A DNA stretch of 64,000 nt from Flavobacteriales bacterium (GTDB lineage: Bacteria > Bacteroidota > Bacteroidia > Flavobacteriales > UBA7312). The translations under genes were made by a program, and so were the position numbers. Location: positions 469 to 64,468 of the forward strand of contig JASJHQ010000076.1 of assembly GCA_037625715.1 (NCBI GenBank), given 5' to 3'. Positions 37,811 through 49,185 of the stretch are shown in pieces (position 1 is the stretch's first letter; each line of letters starts with the position of its first letter). The notes beneath the pieces were generated by a model. It was not told the DNA's origin. It did no database searches and saw nothing but the letters and a program-made list of their open reading frames with translations.

Positions 37811-39535
37811 TTAGTCTACGTTATCGTGTAAAAAGTTATTTGGCTTTATCACCGGGTTATCATCCGAATCTTTTCCTAAAGTATATTTGGAAACATCTGA
37901 TTCAGAAGAATGAGAAATATTATCTAATTGTACTTCTCTTCTTTTATATGCTGGCTGATTTTCTAAATCTGTTAGACCAGATGGAGTTCTCAATTTCATG
38001 CTAATATTTCTTAACCTATCCATTCTTTGTCTAGAACGAATAGCCATTTGCTCAGCAGTTACTCCATGATTTATTTGAGTCAATTCGTCTTTTAACTCCT
38101 CCTCTTTAATTTCAGAAATCACTTCCTCAGGCTGAGTAATCACTTCTTGATGACGTTCTTCTTCTTGAGGAAGAAGACCAAACTCAGGAATAGTATCTTC
38201 CTCCAAATCTAAAGAATGAATTATTAATTCATCCTCAGCCTCAAGATTAGCTATTGGCTCTGTCATTTGCTCAATAGTCGGCTCAATTTGAGGTGCCATT
38301 GGCTCTGATACAGCTTCTATTTGATCATTTGAAAAATCGACAATCGGATCAACCGACTGAGAAGACAAATCAAAATCAAACGTTGGTGATTCATCCACAT
38401 CAAATGCTAATGTAGCTTGAACTTCTTCATCGTTATCTTTAGAAAGAGTATCGTTGTTTTCAACCTCTTCTTCTTTTACGATTTCCTGAACAACAGGCTC
38501 ATCTTTTTCTAAAACGTAAACTTTTTTAGACTCACTTTCTTTAGGGCCGATAGTCTTTGACACCTTAAAACCAGTAGCAATTACAGTAACCGAAATAGAT
38601 TCTCCTAAACCGTCTTCTACTCCTACACCCTCAATAATATTAACATCACCACCTGCAGCATCCTGAATGTGCTTTTTAATCTTAAACAACTCAGTCATTC
38701 TAATTTCATTTTCAGTACCAGTAACGATTTTAAGTAAAACCTGCTGAGCACCCTTAATGTTATTATCATGAAGCAATGGAGAGTCCAAAGCAGCTTCTAC
38801 AGCTTCTACAGCCCTATTCTCACCAGAAGCGATAGCTTGACCCATTACAGCAGAACCACTGTCTTTTAAAACACGTTTAGCGTCATTAAGGTCAATGTTT
38901 ACCATTAGGGTTTGTGAAATTACCTCAGCAATTCCTTTGGTTGCAGTATTTAAAACCTCATTTGCTTTAGCAAAAGCCTGTCTTAAAGTTAAATCACCAT
39001 AAACCTCAATGAGTTTATCGTTATTTATAACTAGAAGAGTATCGACATTTTGTCTTAAGTCTTCTAAGCCTTTTTCAGCATATTCTTTTCTAAATCCACC
39101 TTCGGTCCAGAAAGGAACAGTTACCACACCTACGGTTAATATTTCTTTCTCTCTAGCAATACGAGCAATTACAGGAGCTGCACCCGTACCAGTACCACCA
39201 CCCATTCCTGCTGTAATAAACAGCATCTTGGTGTTAGACTCTAATAATTCAGTAATTCGTTCAATGCTCTCTTCAGCTGCTTTACGACCAACTTCAGGGT
39301 TGGCGCCTGCGCCTAATCCTTCTGTTAAATCTTCACCAATCTGAATTTTAGTAGTAATTGGACTTGCCTCTAATGCTTGTAAATCTGTATTACAAACTGC
39401 GAAATCAACACCAACTATACCCTGTTCAAACATGTAGTTGACTGCATTACTTCCGCCACCGCCAACTCCAATTACTTTGATTACAGAGGATTGATTTTTT
39501 GGTAAATTAAATTTAAGAATACTATCGTTTGTCAT
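37811..39535 (-). CDS. ftsZ: Cell division protein FtsZ (long acidic linker and C-terminal extension)
   Basis: GVGGGGSNAV and GMGGGTGTGAAPV tubulin signature motifs; 574 aa. Confidence 0.97.
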   Translation of the reverse strand: MTNDSILKFNLPKNQSSVIKVIGVGGGGSNAVNYMFEQGIVGVDFAVCNTDLQALEASPITTKIQIGEDLTEGLGAGANPEVGRKAAEESIERITELLESNTKMLFITAGMGGGTGTGAAPVIARIAREKEILTVGVVTVPFWTEGGFRKEYAEKGLEDLRQNVDTLLVINNDKLIEVYGDLTLRQAFAKANEVLNTATKGIAEVISQTLMVNIDLNDAKRVLKDSGSAVMGQAIASGENRAVEAVEAALDSPLLHDNNIKGAQQVLLKIVTGTENEIRMTELFKIKKHIQDAAGGDVNIIEGVGVEDGLGESISVTVIATGFKVSKTIGPKESESKKVYVLEKDEPVVQEIVKEEEVENNDTLSKDNDEEVQATLAFDVDESPTFDFDLSSQSVDPIVDFSNDQIEAVSEPMAPQIEPTIEQMTEPIANLEAEDELIIHSLDLEEDTIPEFGLLPQEEERHQEVITQPEEVISEIKEEELKDELTQINHGVTAEQMAIRSRQRMDRLRNISMKLRTPSGLTDLENQPAYKRREVQLDNISHSSESDVSKYTLGKDSDDNPVIKPNNFLHDNVD

Positions 39536-39557
39536 TTTTAAATAATTGTGATGAATT

Positions 39558-40829
39558 TTATAAATCGTTTGTTAATATGTCGTCAATTTTATCTAACATT
39601 TTCTTAAATGCTTGGCCTAATCCTTTCCCACCAGGAGGAGCTTTTGGGCCTGCTTCTTGCTCTTGGGCTCCACCTTCCTCAAGAATTTTCATAACTAAAC
39701 CTACACCAGTTGCGAAAGAAGGGCTACTAACATCAATAGGGGAATCGGAAGCTAAATGCTCGTTGGGATAACCTATTCTACACTCTATACCAGTAAAAAA
39801 CTCTACTAACTGACTGATGTGCTTTAATTGACTACCTCCTCCAGTAAGAACAATACCAGTAATTAGTTTCTTCTCATATCCTGAGTTTTTAATCTCATGG
39901 TGAACTAATTCAATAATTTCTTCCATTCTAGCCTGAATAATATTTGCTAGATTTTTTAAGGAAATTTCTTTAGGCTCTCTTCCTCTTAAACCAGGTATAG
40001 AAACTATTTCGTTTTCTTTATTTTGTGTTGCTAAGGCAGAACCAAATTTTATTTTGAGTAGCTCGGCTTGGTTTTCCAAAATAGAACAGCCCTCTTTAAT
40101 GTCTTGCGTAATAATGTTACCGCCGAAAGGAATTACAGCAGTATGTCTTATAATTCCATCTTTAAAAATAGCAACATCTGTTGTTCCTCCACCAATATCA
40201 ACCAATGCAACACCAGCTTCTAGCTCTTGAGGATCTAAAACAGAGGTAGCAGACGCTAATGGCTCTAGAGTTAAGTCTTGCATTTTTAAGCCTGCATTAT
40301 TAACGCACTTTTTAATGTTATTAATTGCCGCTGTATGGCCAGTAATAATATGAAAATTGGCTTCTAACTGAACTCCGACCATTCCCCTAGGATCAGGAAA
40401 TCCGTCTTGTTTATCGACAATGTATTCTTGTGGAATAACGTGAATAATTTCTTCGCCAGGAACCATAACGAGCTTGTACATATTATCTACTAGCTTCTTA
40501 ATATCCTGATCGTTAATCTCACTCTCTAAATCTTCTCTAACTAATTGACCCCTGTGTTGTAAGCTTTTGATATGCTGGCCAGCAATCCCCACATTTACCT
40601 GAGTAACTGGGGTGCCAGACTTACTTACAGCTTCGTCCAAAGCCATTTTGATAGACTGAGTTGTCTTATCAATATTAGCAACAATCCCTCTCATCACACC
40701 AGCAGAAGGAGCTTTACCCATACCTAATATTTCTATTTTGCCATGCTCATTTGCACGACCAATAGTTACGGTAATTTTTGTAGTACCGATATCTAAACCT
40801 ACTGCTATTTTTTGCATTTCTGATTTCAT
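39558..40829 (-). CDS. ftsA: Cell division protein FtsA
   Basis: Actin-fold motifs VGLDIGTTKI, DIGGGTTDVA and LTGGGSQL. The start could instead be the Met at 40817. Confidence 0.93.
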   Translation of the reverse strand: MKSEMQKIAVGLDIGTTKITVTIGRANEHGKIEILGMGKAPSAGVMRGIVANIDKTTQSIKMALDEAVSKSGTPVTQVNVGIAGQHIKSLQHRGQLVREDLESEINDQDIKKLVDNMYKLVMVPGEEIIHVIPQEYIVDKQDGFPDPRGMVGVQLEANFHIITGHTAAINNIKKCVNNAGLKMQDLTLEPLASATSVLDPQELEAGVALVDIGGGTTDVAIFKDGIIRHTAVIPFGGNIITQDIKEGCSILENQAELLKIKFGSALATQNKENEIVSIPGLRGREPKEISLKNLANIIQARMEEIIELVHHEIKNSGYEKKLITGIVLTGGGSQLKHISQLVEFFTGIECRIGYPNEHLASDSPIDVSSPSFATGVGLVMKILEEGGAQEQEAGPKAPPGGKGLGQAFKKMLDKIDDILTNDL

Positions 40830-40832
40830 AAA

Positions 40833-41558
40833 CTATCGCTTAACACAAACTATCTGGTTTTTATACTTTAGATTAATCTCCTTGTACTTTCTCCATCCCG
40901 TTTGTTTTACCCCTTGGGAATAGAAAAGTTTTAAATTTTCAAATTTTTCTTCCATCCTCTCAATATCGCCCAAAATTATAGTGTGATTTCCAACTCTGGG
41001 AACTAGTTCAATTTCTTTTTGATTATTTATATATACTTGTGTAATTTGTGAATTCCAGAGCGAATTTTTACATACATAGCGAGAAACTTTTAAAATACTT
41101 TTCAAGTCTAAACTATCCACAATAAAACCACTTGCAATCAAAACATTTTTAGTATAATTACTAGATACAGGAAACATAAATCCGTCTTCATCTAAATAGA
41201 AATCATCTCCATTGGTTTTGTGAATTCTAACAATTGGAACCTTATTTTCAACAACTACATTTATATTTCCGAATGAATCATAGTATACTTCTGCATTTTT
41301 TATGTAGCAATGGTTCTCCAAAGACTGTTCAATTTCAAAAAAAGGAATCATCGAAATAGGAATGGAATCTATATCTTTTTCAACATTCGTAAGTATATTT
41401 TTAACCTCATCAGTCGTAATTAAAGATTGATCAAAATCACTTATCTCTATAATTACCTGATTACATAAATAAGACTGCTGCTTGCTGTAGGAAAACCTAA
41501 AAAGAACAATTAAGCAAACAATTATTAAAAGCGATAATATATTTTTTAGCCAATTCAT
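40833..41558 (-). CDS. ftsQ: Cell division protein FtsQ
   Basis: 241-aa bitopic protein with an N-terminal TM and a POTRA-like region, positioned between murC and ftsA. Confidence 0.75.
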   Translation of the reverse strand: MNWLKNILSLLIIVCLIVLFRFSYSKQQSYLCNQVIIEISDFDQSLITTDEVKNILTNVEKDIDSIPISMIPFFEIEQSLENHCYIKNAEVYYDSFGNINVVVENKVPIVRIHKTNGDDFYLDEDGFMFPVSSNYTKNVLIASGFIVDSLDLKSILKVSRYVCKNSLWNSQITQVYINNQKEIELVPRVGNHTIILGDIERMEEKFENLKLFYSQGVKQTGWRKYKEINLKYKNQIVCVKR

Positions 41559-42928
41559 TGATAAATTGATTTTATAGGAACAATTAATTTATCAATATCT
41601 CCAGCCCCAAGAGTAACTAAAAGCTCTCTCTTTTTTTGCTTTAAACTATCCAATAAATGATCTTTAGTAAATAGATTTTTATCCACCTTGGAAGAAATAT
41701 TGTTGAGAATTAAATTAGAGTCCACCCCTTCAACAGGAAGTTCTCTGGCAGGATAAATATCTAACAACATAACCTCATCGGCATAGGATAATTCTTGAGC
41801 AAACTGCTTGTAAAAGTCATTAGTTCTGGAATATAAATGAGGTTGAAAAACAACCGTTAGTTTTTTCTTTGGATAAAGCTTTCTAACTGCCTCCAGCGTA
41901 ACTTTTATTTCTTGAGGATGATGAGCGTAATCATCAATATAGACATGATCGGAATCACAATGGGTTTCAAACCTTCTTTTTACTCCTTTAAAACTATTTA
42001 TACCTTTAATAATTTGATCGCTAGTTAACCCTAATTTATAAGCAACAATTATGGCGGATAATGCGTTTTCGACATTATGAACACCAGGAAGACTTAGTGT
42101 CATTCCAATTAACTGAACTGCATCATCACTTTCGTTAATATAAATTTCAGCATCAAACAATTGACGATGATTTTCTATTCTTAAATTAATCGCTTTATGG
42201 TGAGATGGCTTATCTACAGAATAAGTTTGCTTTTCAACACCATTGACTTCTAAAAATTCGTCTTTAACAGATTCGTTTAACAAAAGCAATCCATCAGCAT
42301 TTACCTGCTCAGCAAAATCAACAAATGTCTTTTTCAGATCTTTATCATCTTCATAAATATCTGAATGATCAGCATCTACAGAAGTAATGATTGCTATGTC
42401 AGGAAAAAGCTGCAAAAATGACCTGTCATACTCATCAGCCTCTACAACAATAATATTATTAGATGAAAGCAATAAGTTGGAATTATAGTTGGTAGCTATC
42501 CCTCCTAGAAAAGCAGTGCAACCTAAGCCGCTTGACTCCAAAATATGAGCTAATATACTCGAGGTAGACGTTTTGCCATGAGTGCCCGCAACAGCAATTG
42601 TAAAGGCGTCTTTAGAAATTAAACCTAAGGTTTCTGAACGCTTCAATAAATTGTAACCTTTGGACTTAAAATAATTTAATAAATAATTATCCTTAGGTAT
42701 GGCTGGAGTGTAGACAATTAAGGTTTTATCAACTTCATTGACCCACTGTGGAGTATAATCTTCAGCAAAACTCACTTCTATTCCTTCCTCTTGAAGTGCA
42801 TCCGTAAGAGCAGTAGGAGTTTTATCATAACCACCTACCTTATAAGATTTAGCATGAAAATACCTAGCTATGGCAGACATTCCAATGCCGCCAATTCCAA
42901 CTAAATATATCTTATCATAAACCATCAT
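41555..42928 (-). CDS. murC: UDP-N-acetylmuramate--L-alanine ligase
   Basis: LVGIGGIGMSA and AVAGTHGKTSTSS Mur ligase motifs. Confidence 0.95.
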   Translation of the reverse strand: MMVYDKIYLVGIGGIGMSAIARYFHAKSYKVGGYDKTPTALTDALQEEGIEVSFAEDYTPQWVNEVDKTLIVYTPAIPKDNYLLNYFKSKGYNLLKRSETLGLISKDAFTIAVAGTHGKTSTSSILAHILESSGLGCTAFLGGIATNYNSNLLLSSNNIIVVEADEYDRSFLQLFPDIAIITSVDADHSDIYEDDKDLKKTFVDFAEQVNADGLLLLNESVKDEFLEVNGVEKQTYSVDKPSHHKAINLRIENHRQLFDAEIYINESDDAVQLIGMTLSLPGVHNVENALSAIIVAYKLGLTSDQIIKGINSFKGVKRRFETHCDSDHVYIDDYAHHPQEIKVTLEAVRKLYPKKKLTVVFQPHLYSRTNDFYKQFAQELSYADEVMLLDIYPARELPVEGVDSNLILNNISSKVDKNLFTKDHLLDSLKQKKRELLVTLGAGDIDKLIVPIKSIYQ

Positions 42929-44019
42929 TTCTTAATTGTCAGATTTATTAATTCCTGGGCTATAATTTGTGCAGAATTTAACTTTGCTAGCTTGTAAATA
43001 TTTTTAGAAAGCAAAACTCTCTTTTCTTTGTTTTCAATTAACTCTTGCAATTGAGGTATTAAAGTATTAATAGAGTCTACATCCTTAACCAATAATGCTG
43101 CATCCTTTTCTTTTAATGCTAAAGCATTTTTAGTCTGGTGGTCTTCAGAAACATTGGGAGAAGGAACTAAAATAGAAGGCTTCGCAACCAAACAAAGCTC
43201 CGAAATGGTGCTTGCACCAGCTCTTGATATTACAACATCAGCAAGGCTGTAAGCTAAATCCATTCTTGAAATAAATTTCATTACTCGAATATTTTCTGAC
43301 TCATAGTTAGCAGCTTGACCGTAAAAAGAAGTTCCGGTCTGCCATAACATCTGAACCCCTGAAGGAAATTTTTTGGCAAACTTTTCCATTGTGTTATTAA
43401 TAGTTAAAGCTCCTAAGCTTCCCCCAACAACTAAAACGGTTGTCTTCGAATTGTCAAACTTAAAATGATCATAAGCTTGTGATTGTAATTTTGAAATATC
43501 CTGTAAGTCTTGGCGAATAGGATTTCCAGAAAAAAGTATTTTCTCTTTTGGAAAAAACTTCTCCATTCCAGGGTATGCTACACAAATTTTGTTAGTGATT
43601 TTCGATAGTAATTTATTTGTAATACCTGGATAAGAATTTTGTTCTTGAATTAAGGAAGGAATTCCCATTTTTGAAGCCACAAAAAGCAAGGGTCCTGAAG
43701 CATAACCACCTGTTCCGACTACTATGTTTGGCTTAAATTTAAGAACTATAAACAAAGATTTAATTAAGCTATAAAGCAGCTTAAAAGGGAAAACAACATT
43801 TCTCTTATCGCTAAGATTTCTTTGAAAACCTGTTATTGGCAATCCGATAATAGGATAACCAGCATTAGGAACCTTTTCCATCTCCATCTTTCCTTTGGCT
43901 CCAACAAATAAAATGTCAATCGAATCATCGTTTAATTTTAAAGCATTAGCAATAGCAATTGCAGGAAAAATATGTCCTCCTGTACCTCCACCACTTACTA
44001 TAACCTTTAACTTACTCAT
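42925..44019 (-). CDS. murG: Undecaprenyldiphospho-muramoylpentapeptide beta-N-acetylglucosaminyltransferase
   Basis: SGGGTGGHIFPAIAIA N-terminal motif, and its position in the dcw cluster. Confidence 0.95.
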   Translation of the reverse strand: MSKLKVIVSGGGTGGHIFPAIAIANALKLNDDSIDILFVGAKGKMEMEKVPNAGYPIIGLPITGFQRNLSDKRNVVFPFKLLYSLIKSLFIVLKFKPNIVVGTGGYASGPLLFVASKMGIPSLIQEQNSYPGITNKLLSKITNKICVAYPGMEKFFPKEKILFSGNPIRQDLQDISKLQSQAYDHFKFDNSKTTVLVVGGSLGALTINNTMEKFAKKFPSGVQMLWQTGTSFYGQAANYESENIRVMKFISRMDLAYSLADVVISRAGASTISELCLVAKPSILVPSPNVSEDHQTKNALALKEKDAALLVKDVDSINTLIPQLQELIENKEKRVLLSKNIYKLAKLNSAQIIAQELINLTIKK

Positions 44020-45179
44020 GCTTTTATCTTTGAAATACTAACCTCTTTACTTGCACTTAAAATTACACCCATAGTAAGGCAAGTGAAAAATATAGATACA
44101 CTTCCCATACTAACTAGAGGAAGTGTTTGTCCTGTCACAGGAAAAAAATCGACATTAACAGCCATATGAATTAATGCCTGAAACACTAAACTGATACTTA
44201 AACCAACACCGAGCAAAGAAGAAAAACTATCTTTAGCTAAATCGAATATTCGCTTACCACGTATCATCAGAATCAAGTACAGAATAAGCACGAATATTCC
44301 TCCTACTACTCCATACTCTTCTATTATAATTGCATATACATAATCGGAATAAGGATGTGGCAAAACATTCCTTTGTATACTTTTTCCAGGACCCCTTCCT
44401 GTAATACCTCCGTTTACAATCGCAATTTTAGCCTGAACTACCTGATGGAAATCATCTCTATTTAATTCTGAGTCTTTATCAGATGTAAAGTTTGCAATCC
44501 TATTGACCCAGGTTTCTGATCGAGGAATTAACTCTTGTACGGCAGGAATACTTACCGCTAAAAGAATTGCCAGACCAGCAACCGTAACTATGCTCGTCAC
44601 TAAAACTAATAGGTGGCCAATTTTAACACCACCAAAAAACATAACTATTATACCACTAGTAAATAAAATTGCAGCAGTAGAAAAGTTAGCTGGAAAAATT
44701 AGTGCACAAATAATTATTAATGGCGCAAATATTTTAATCGAAACCAACTTGAAATCAGACAAAGACATCTTATATTTAATAAGCTGTCTTGCTAGAAAAA
44801 TAATAATTGACAATTTAGCAATATCAAATGTCTGAATGGTAGTGCCACCAATTTTAATCCATCTACTAGCATCGTTTATAGACGCACCAAAAAATAAAGT
44901 AAATAATAAAACTAGTATAGACACCCAAAACCCAAGCTGTCCTAATCTAGAAAAATATTTTGATGGAATTTTATGGACTAAATACATAAAAATAACTCCG
45001 GCAATGATAGATTTAAAATGCTTGAAAATAAGATGCATTGTATTTCCACCAAACTTCGTATAAGCCAATCCTCCTGTAGCGCTATAGACTACAAAAAGAG
45101 AAATTAATATAAGCAAAACTACTATTGCCCATATTGACTTATCGCCTTCTAATTTTATGTATTTAGAAAAAGGATTCAT
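44016..45179 (-). CDS. ftsW: FtsW/RodA (SEDS) family cell division protein
   Basis: 387-aa polytopic SEDS protein between murD and murG. Confidence 0.9.
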   Translation of the reverse strand: MNPFSKYIKLEGDKSIWAIVVLLILISLFVVYSATGGLAYTKFGGNTMHLIFKHFKSIIAGVIFMYLVHKIPSKYFSRLGQLGFWVSILVLLFTLFFGASINDASRWIKIGGTTIQTFDIAKLSIIIFLARQLIKYKMSLSDFKLVSIKIFAPLIIICALIFPANFSTAAILFTSGIIVMFFGGVKIGHLLVLVTSIVTVAGLAILLAVSIPAVQELIPRSETWVNRIANFTSDKDSELNRDDFHQVVQAKIAIVNGGITGRGPGKSIQRNVLPHPYSDYVYAIIIEEYGVVGGIFVLILYLILMIRGKRIFDLAKDSFSSLLGVGLSISLVFQALIHMAVNVDFFPVTGQTLPLVSMGSVSIFFTCLTMGVILSASKEVSISKIKA

Positions 45180-46507
45180 TATAAGTTACGAACGTTCTTT
45201 TTAAATTCTACTCCTCTGTGCTCATAATTTTCGAACAAATCAAAACTAGCGCAAGCTGGAGACAATAAAACAGCGTCACCCTTTTCGCCAAGCTGATAAG
45301 AAAAGTTTACAGCTTCTTTCATATTAGTTGCAAAATATATTTCCACGCCCTTTTCTGAAAAAGCATTTTTGATAGAATCAACCTGTTCTCCTAAGCAAAT
45401 AATTGCTTTTACTTTATCGCTCACTAAAGAAAGTAAAGAAGAGTAATCATTTCCTTTATCTACACCGCCTACAATCCAAATAGTTGGCTTAATCATACTT
45501 TCCAAAGCATACCAAGTAGAGTTAACATTAGTAGCTTTAGAGTCGTTGATGAACTCTATGCCATGAACCTTAATAACTCTTTCTAGCCTATGCTCTACAT
45601 TTTTAAAGTCTGCTAAACTTTCTCTTATAACTTCTTTACTCAAATCCAAAATTCGAGATGAAATAGCAGCAGCCATCGAATTATAGATGTTATGCTTTCC
45701 TTGTAATGCTAATTGTTGAATATTCATTTTAAATGGGGTTTTATTTATGTTTATATTTAATTCGTCATCTATCAAGCAAGCTCCTCTTTGGTGCTCTTTT
45801 AAAATAGAAAACGGTAATAGATTTGTATTTTCTTGTTCTAAATATTTATTTATGTTGGGGTCATCACTGCAATAAATCAAGTAATCGTTCTTATCTTGAT
45901 TTTTAGTTATTCTTAATTTAGATTGAATGTATAGCTCCATGTCTTCATTATATCTATTTAAGTGGTCTGGAGTAATATTTAAAATAATTGCGATGTCTGG
46001 TTTAAAATCTATTATTCCATCAAGCTGAAAACTGCTCAACTCTAACACATAATAGTCGTAGTTTTCATTTGCTACCTGCAAAGCAAAACTGTCTCCAACA
46101 TTTCCAGCAACACATACATTTAATCCTGCTTTTTTGAGAATATGACCAATCAATAAAGCAGTAGTAGTCTTTCCGTTACTTCCGGTAATTGCTATTATTT
46201 TTGAATTGGTATATCTAAAAGCAAATTCAATTTCTGAAATGATAGGAATGCCCTTTTTCTTTAATTCAAGAATTAGTGGAATAGTCTCAGGTATTCCAGG
46301 ACTTTTAATCACTTCGATTGCTTCAAAAATTTTATCTTCCGAATGATGCAATTCTTCCCATTCAATCCCTTTTTGTATAAGAACATTTTTGTATTTGTCT
46401 TTTATCTTTCCTATATCAGATACAAATACGCTGTAGCCTTTTTGCTGTGCCAAAACAGCTGCACCGCAACCGCTTTCTCCTCCTCCTAACACAACAATTC
46501 TTTCCAT
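45179..46507 (-). CDS. murD: UDP-N-acetylmuramoylalanine--D-glutamate ligase
   Basis: VLGGGESG and ITGSNGKTTT motifs, and its dcw position. Confidence 0.95.
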   Translation of the reverse strand: MERIVVLGGGESGCGAAVLAQQKGYSVFVSDIGKIKDKYKNVLIQKGIEWEELHHSEDKIFEAIEVIKSPGIPETIPLILELKKKGIPIISEIEFAFRYTNSKIIAITGSNGKTTTALLIGHILKKAGLNVCVAGNVGDSFALQVANENYDYYVLELSSFQLDGIIDFKPDIAIILNITPDHLNRYNEDMELYIQSKLRITKNQDKNDYLIYCSDDPNINKYLEQENTNLLPFSILKEHQRGACLIDDELNININKTPFKMNIQQLALQGKHNIYNSMAAAISSRILDLSKEVIRESLADFKNVEHRLERVIKVHGIEFINDSKATNVNSTWYALESMIKPTIWIVGGVDKGNDYSSLLSLVSDKVKAIICLGEQVDSIKNAFSEKGVEIYFATNMKEAVNFSYQLGEKGDAVLLSPACASFDLFENYEHRGVEFKKNVRNL

Positions 46508-47722
46508 CTATCTTAGCTTTAGAGTTACAATTGTTAAGACCGCAAGCATCACACCTACAATCCAAAACCTAGTTACTATTTTACTTTCGTGCATCCCAAT
46601 TTTTTGATAGTGGTGGTGCAAAGGAGCCATTCTGAATAATCTTTTTCCCTCTCCAAACTTTCGTTTTGTATACTTAAAATAACTCACCTGTAGAATAACC
46701 GAAACGTTTTCTATTAAGAAGACTCCACACAGAATAGGAATTAGCAATTCTTTACGAATAGAAATAGCAAATACTGCAATTATTCCTCCAAGAGCCAAAC
46801 TTCCTGTATCGCCCATAAATACTTGAGCAGGAAAAGAATTATACCATAAGAAACCAACGCATGCTCCTACAAAAGCAGACATAAAAATCACTAACTCAGC
46901 TGAGCCAGGGATGTACATAATATTGAGATAATCGGCAAAAAACAGATTACCAGAGACGTAAGCTAAAATCCCTAAGGTTACCCCAATTATTGCGGAGGTT
47001 CCTGTAGCTAAACCATCTAAACCATCTGTCATATTAGCGCCATTACTTACGGCAGTTACAATAAAAATGACCATTAAAACAAAGCCAATCCAGCTTAAGC
47101 TAGAGCCATAATCTCCTAACCATCCTACAAGGGACTCGTAGTTAAACTCATTATTTTTTACAAAAGGAATAGTTGTTTTCGTAGATTTAACTTCTTGGCC
47201 AAAAGACTGAACTAGCTCAGTGGTTATTGGTACGTCCAATTTTTCTTTAATTGTAATTCCATCATGGAAATAAAGGGTAAGGCCAACTAACAAACCGAGT
47301 CCGACTTGACCAATAATTTTAAACCTGCCAGCCAGACCTTGTTTGTCTTTTTTAAATACCTTAATATAGTCGTCTATAAAGCCAATTAGTCCTAACCATA
47401 AAGTAGAGATTATCATTAATATGATATAAATATTGAAAATGTCAGCAAACAGAATAGTTGGAATTAAAATAGCCGCAATAATAATTAGACCTCCCATTGT
47501 AGGAGTTCCTTTCTTTTGCTTTTCTCCTTCTAGCCCTAATTCTCTTATCTCTTCACCAATTTGCTTATTTTGAATAAATGAAATGATTTTACCTCCAAAA
47601 AGTAAAGAAACAATCAAAGACGTTATAACCGCAAATGAAGCTCTAAAAGAAATGTACTGAACCACCCCTGCTCCTGGAAGATCGTAAGCCGATTCTAAAT
47701 ATTGAAAAAGATAATGTAACAT
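46508..47722 (-). CDS. mraY: Phospho-N-acetylmuramoyl-pentapeptide transferase
   Basis: [31 protein letters not shown] and APLHHH motifs. Confidence 0.97.
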   Translation of the reverse strand: MLHYLFQYLESAYDLPGAGVVQYISFRASFAVITSLIVSLLFGGKIISFIQNKQIGEEIRELGLEGEKQKKGTPTMGGLIIIAAILIPTILFADIFNIYIILMIISTLWLGLIGFIDDYIKVFKKDKQGLAGRFKIIGQVGLGLLVGLTLYFHDGITIKEKLDVPITTELVQSFGQEVKSTKTTIPFVKNNEFNYESLVGWLGDYGSSLSWIGFVLMVIFIVTAVSNGANMTDGLDGLATGTSAIIGVTLGILAYVSGNLFFADYLNIMYIPGSAELVIFMSAFVGACVGFLWYNSFPAQVFMGDTGSLALGGIIAVFAISIRKELLIPILCGVFLIENVSVILQVSYFKYTKRKFGEGKRLFRMAPLHHHYQKIGMHESKIVTRFWIVGVMLAVLTIVTLKLR

Positions 47723-49185
47723 TATATGTTAAGGAGTTTAAATGCGTTTAGTAATTCTTGTTTATCGTCAAAAAGGTGCTTTTCACCATTTATTTCTTGG
47801 TACTTTTCATGACCTTTACCAGCAATCAAAACGATATCTCCTTTTAGGGCTAGGGAACATGCTGTTTTAATTGCTTCTTTTCTATCGCTAATACTTAGAA
47901 CTTTCTTTTTATGGGTTATTTCCACCCCATCATTCATTTGTTCTAAAATTTGGCTTGGGTCCTCACTTCTAGGATTATCTGAAGTAAGTATTACTTTATC
48001 ACTCAGTTGAGTAGATATTTTAGCCATCAAAGGGCGCTTAGAGACATCTCTGTCTCCTCCACAACCAACAACCGTTATAATTTTATTAGACTCTTCTTTT
48101 GTTTGAAGTATTGTCTGCAATACATTAGACAATGCATCAGGAGTGTGGGCATAATCAATAATTCCAATTACTCCGGAAGCAGAATTAATCACATCAAACC
48201 TTCCTTCCGCAGATTTTAAAGCACTTAAGGAAGTTAGTGCTTGTAATTCGTCTTCACCTAAAAGTATGGTAGTAGCATAAATTGCTAAAAGGTTGTAAGC
48301 ATTAAATTCGCCAATGATTTTGGACCAAACTTCTTTTCCATTAATATTAATAAGCTGGCCATCAAACTGACTTTCAAGAATTTTTGCTTTAAAATCAGCC
48401 ATTGACTTTAAAGCAAAAGTGTATTGCTTTGCGTCACAATGGTGAAGCATATTCTGGCCGTGTCTATCGTCTTTATTTACTAATGCAAAAGCATCGGGAC
48501 TTAACTGATCAAACAATTGTTTTTTAGCTAAAATATAATCATCAAACGTTTTGTGATAATCTAAATGGTCGTGGCTAATATTAGTAAAAATAGCTCCCAT
48601 AATCGATAGTCCAAATATTCTATTTTGATGAATTGCATGAGAACTAGCCTCCATAAAACAATAGCTACATCCATGAGCTACCATTTTAGAAAGCAAAGCA
48701 TTGATTTGAAGAGGGTCGGGAGTAGTATGAGTACTTACCAAATCTTCAAAGCCTATTTTATTGACTATGGTAGATATCAAGCCAGCTTTATGCCCAAGAG
48801 ATTGAAATAAATCATACAGAAGAGTTGCAACCGAGGTTTTTCCGTTTGTTCCTGTAATTGCTATTAGCTGTATCTCATCAGAAGGATTATCGTAATAATT
48901 AGCCGCAACTACTGCTAATGCTTTAGAAGAATCATTTACCTTAATGAAAGTAACGTGTTCTGGTTTTTGAGAAGGTAGATCCTCAGCTATTATAGCAACT
49001 GCTCCATTTTCAATGGCCTGAGATATATAATCATGTCCATCAGATTGGGTTCCTTTAACGGCTATAAATAAGGCGTCTTTAGTAGACTTTCTAGAGTCAA
49101 AACAAACTACAGGAATAGCAATATGAGTAGAGCCAGCCACTTCGACTAGATCCACTTTAAACAATATGTCTTGTAATAATTTCAT
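47722..49185 (-). CDS. murE: UDP-N-acetylmuramoyl-L-alanyl-D-glutamate--2,6-diaminopimelate ligase
   Basis: ITGTNGKTS motif and a DNPR-type motif ([10 protein letters not shown]), consistent with the meso-DAP-adding type. Confidence 0.93.
   Translation of the reverse strand: MKLLQDILFKVDLVEVAGSTHIAIPVVCFDSRKSTKDALFIAVKGTQSDGHDYISQAIENGAVAIIAEDLPSQKPEHVTFIKVNDSSKALAVVAANYYDNPSDEIQLIAITGTNGKTSVATLLYDLFQSLGHKAGLISTIVNKIGFEDLVSTHTTPDPLQINALLSKMVAHGCSYCFMEASSHAIHQNRIFGLSIMGAIFTNISHDHLDYHKTFDDYILAKKQLFDQLSPDAFALVNKDDRHGQNMLHHCDAKQYTFALKSMADFKAKILESQFDGQLININGKEVWSKIIGEFNAYNLLAIYATTILLGEDELQALTSLSALKSAEGRFDVINSASGVIGIIDYAHTPDALSNVLQTILQTKEESNKIITVVGCGGDRDVSKRPLMAKISTQLSDKVILTSDNPRSEDPSQILEQMNDGVEITHKKKVLSISDRKEAIKTACSLALKGDIVLIAGKGHEKYQEINGEKHLFDDKQELLNAFKLLNI

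Noticed and set aside
37657-39771. Track ORFs 37657-38004 (+, 115 aa) and 39529-39771 (+, 80 aa), which span gene junctions around ftsZ.
   Set aside because: Both are antisense to yqeY/ftsZ and to ftsZ/ftsA respectively. They have Pro/Ser/Ala- or Leu/Ile-rich junk translations and no promoter box, and the sense-strand genes are unambiguous.
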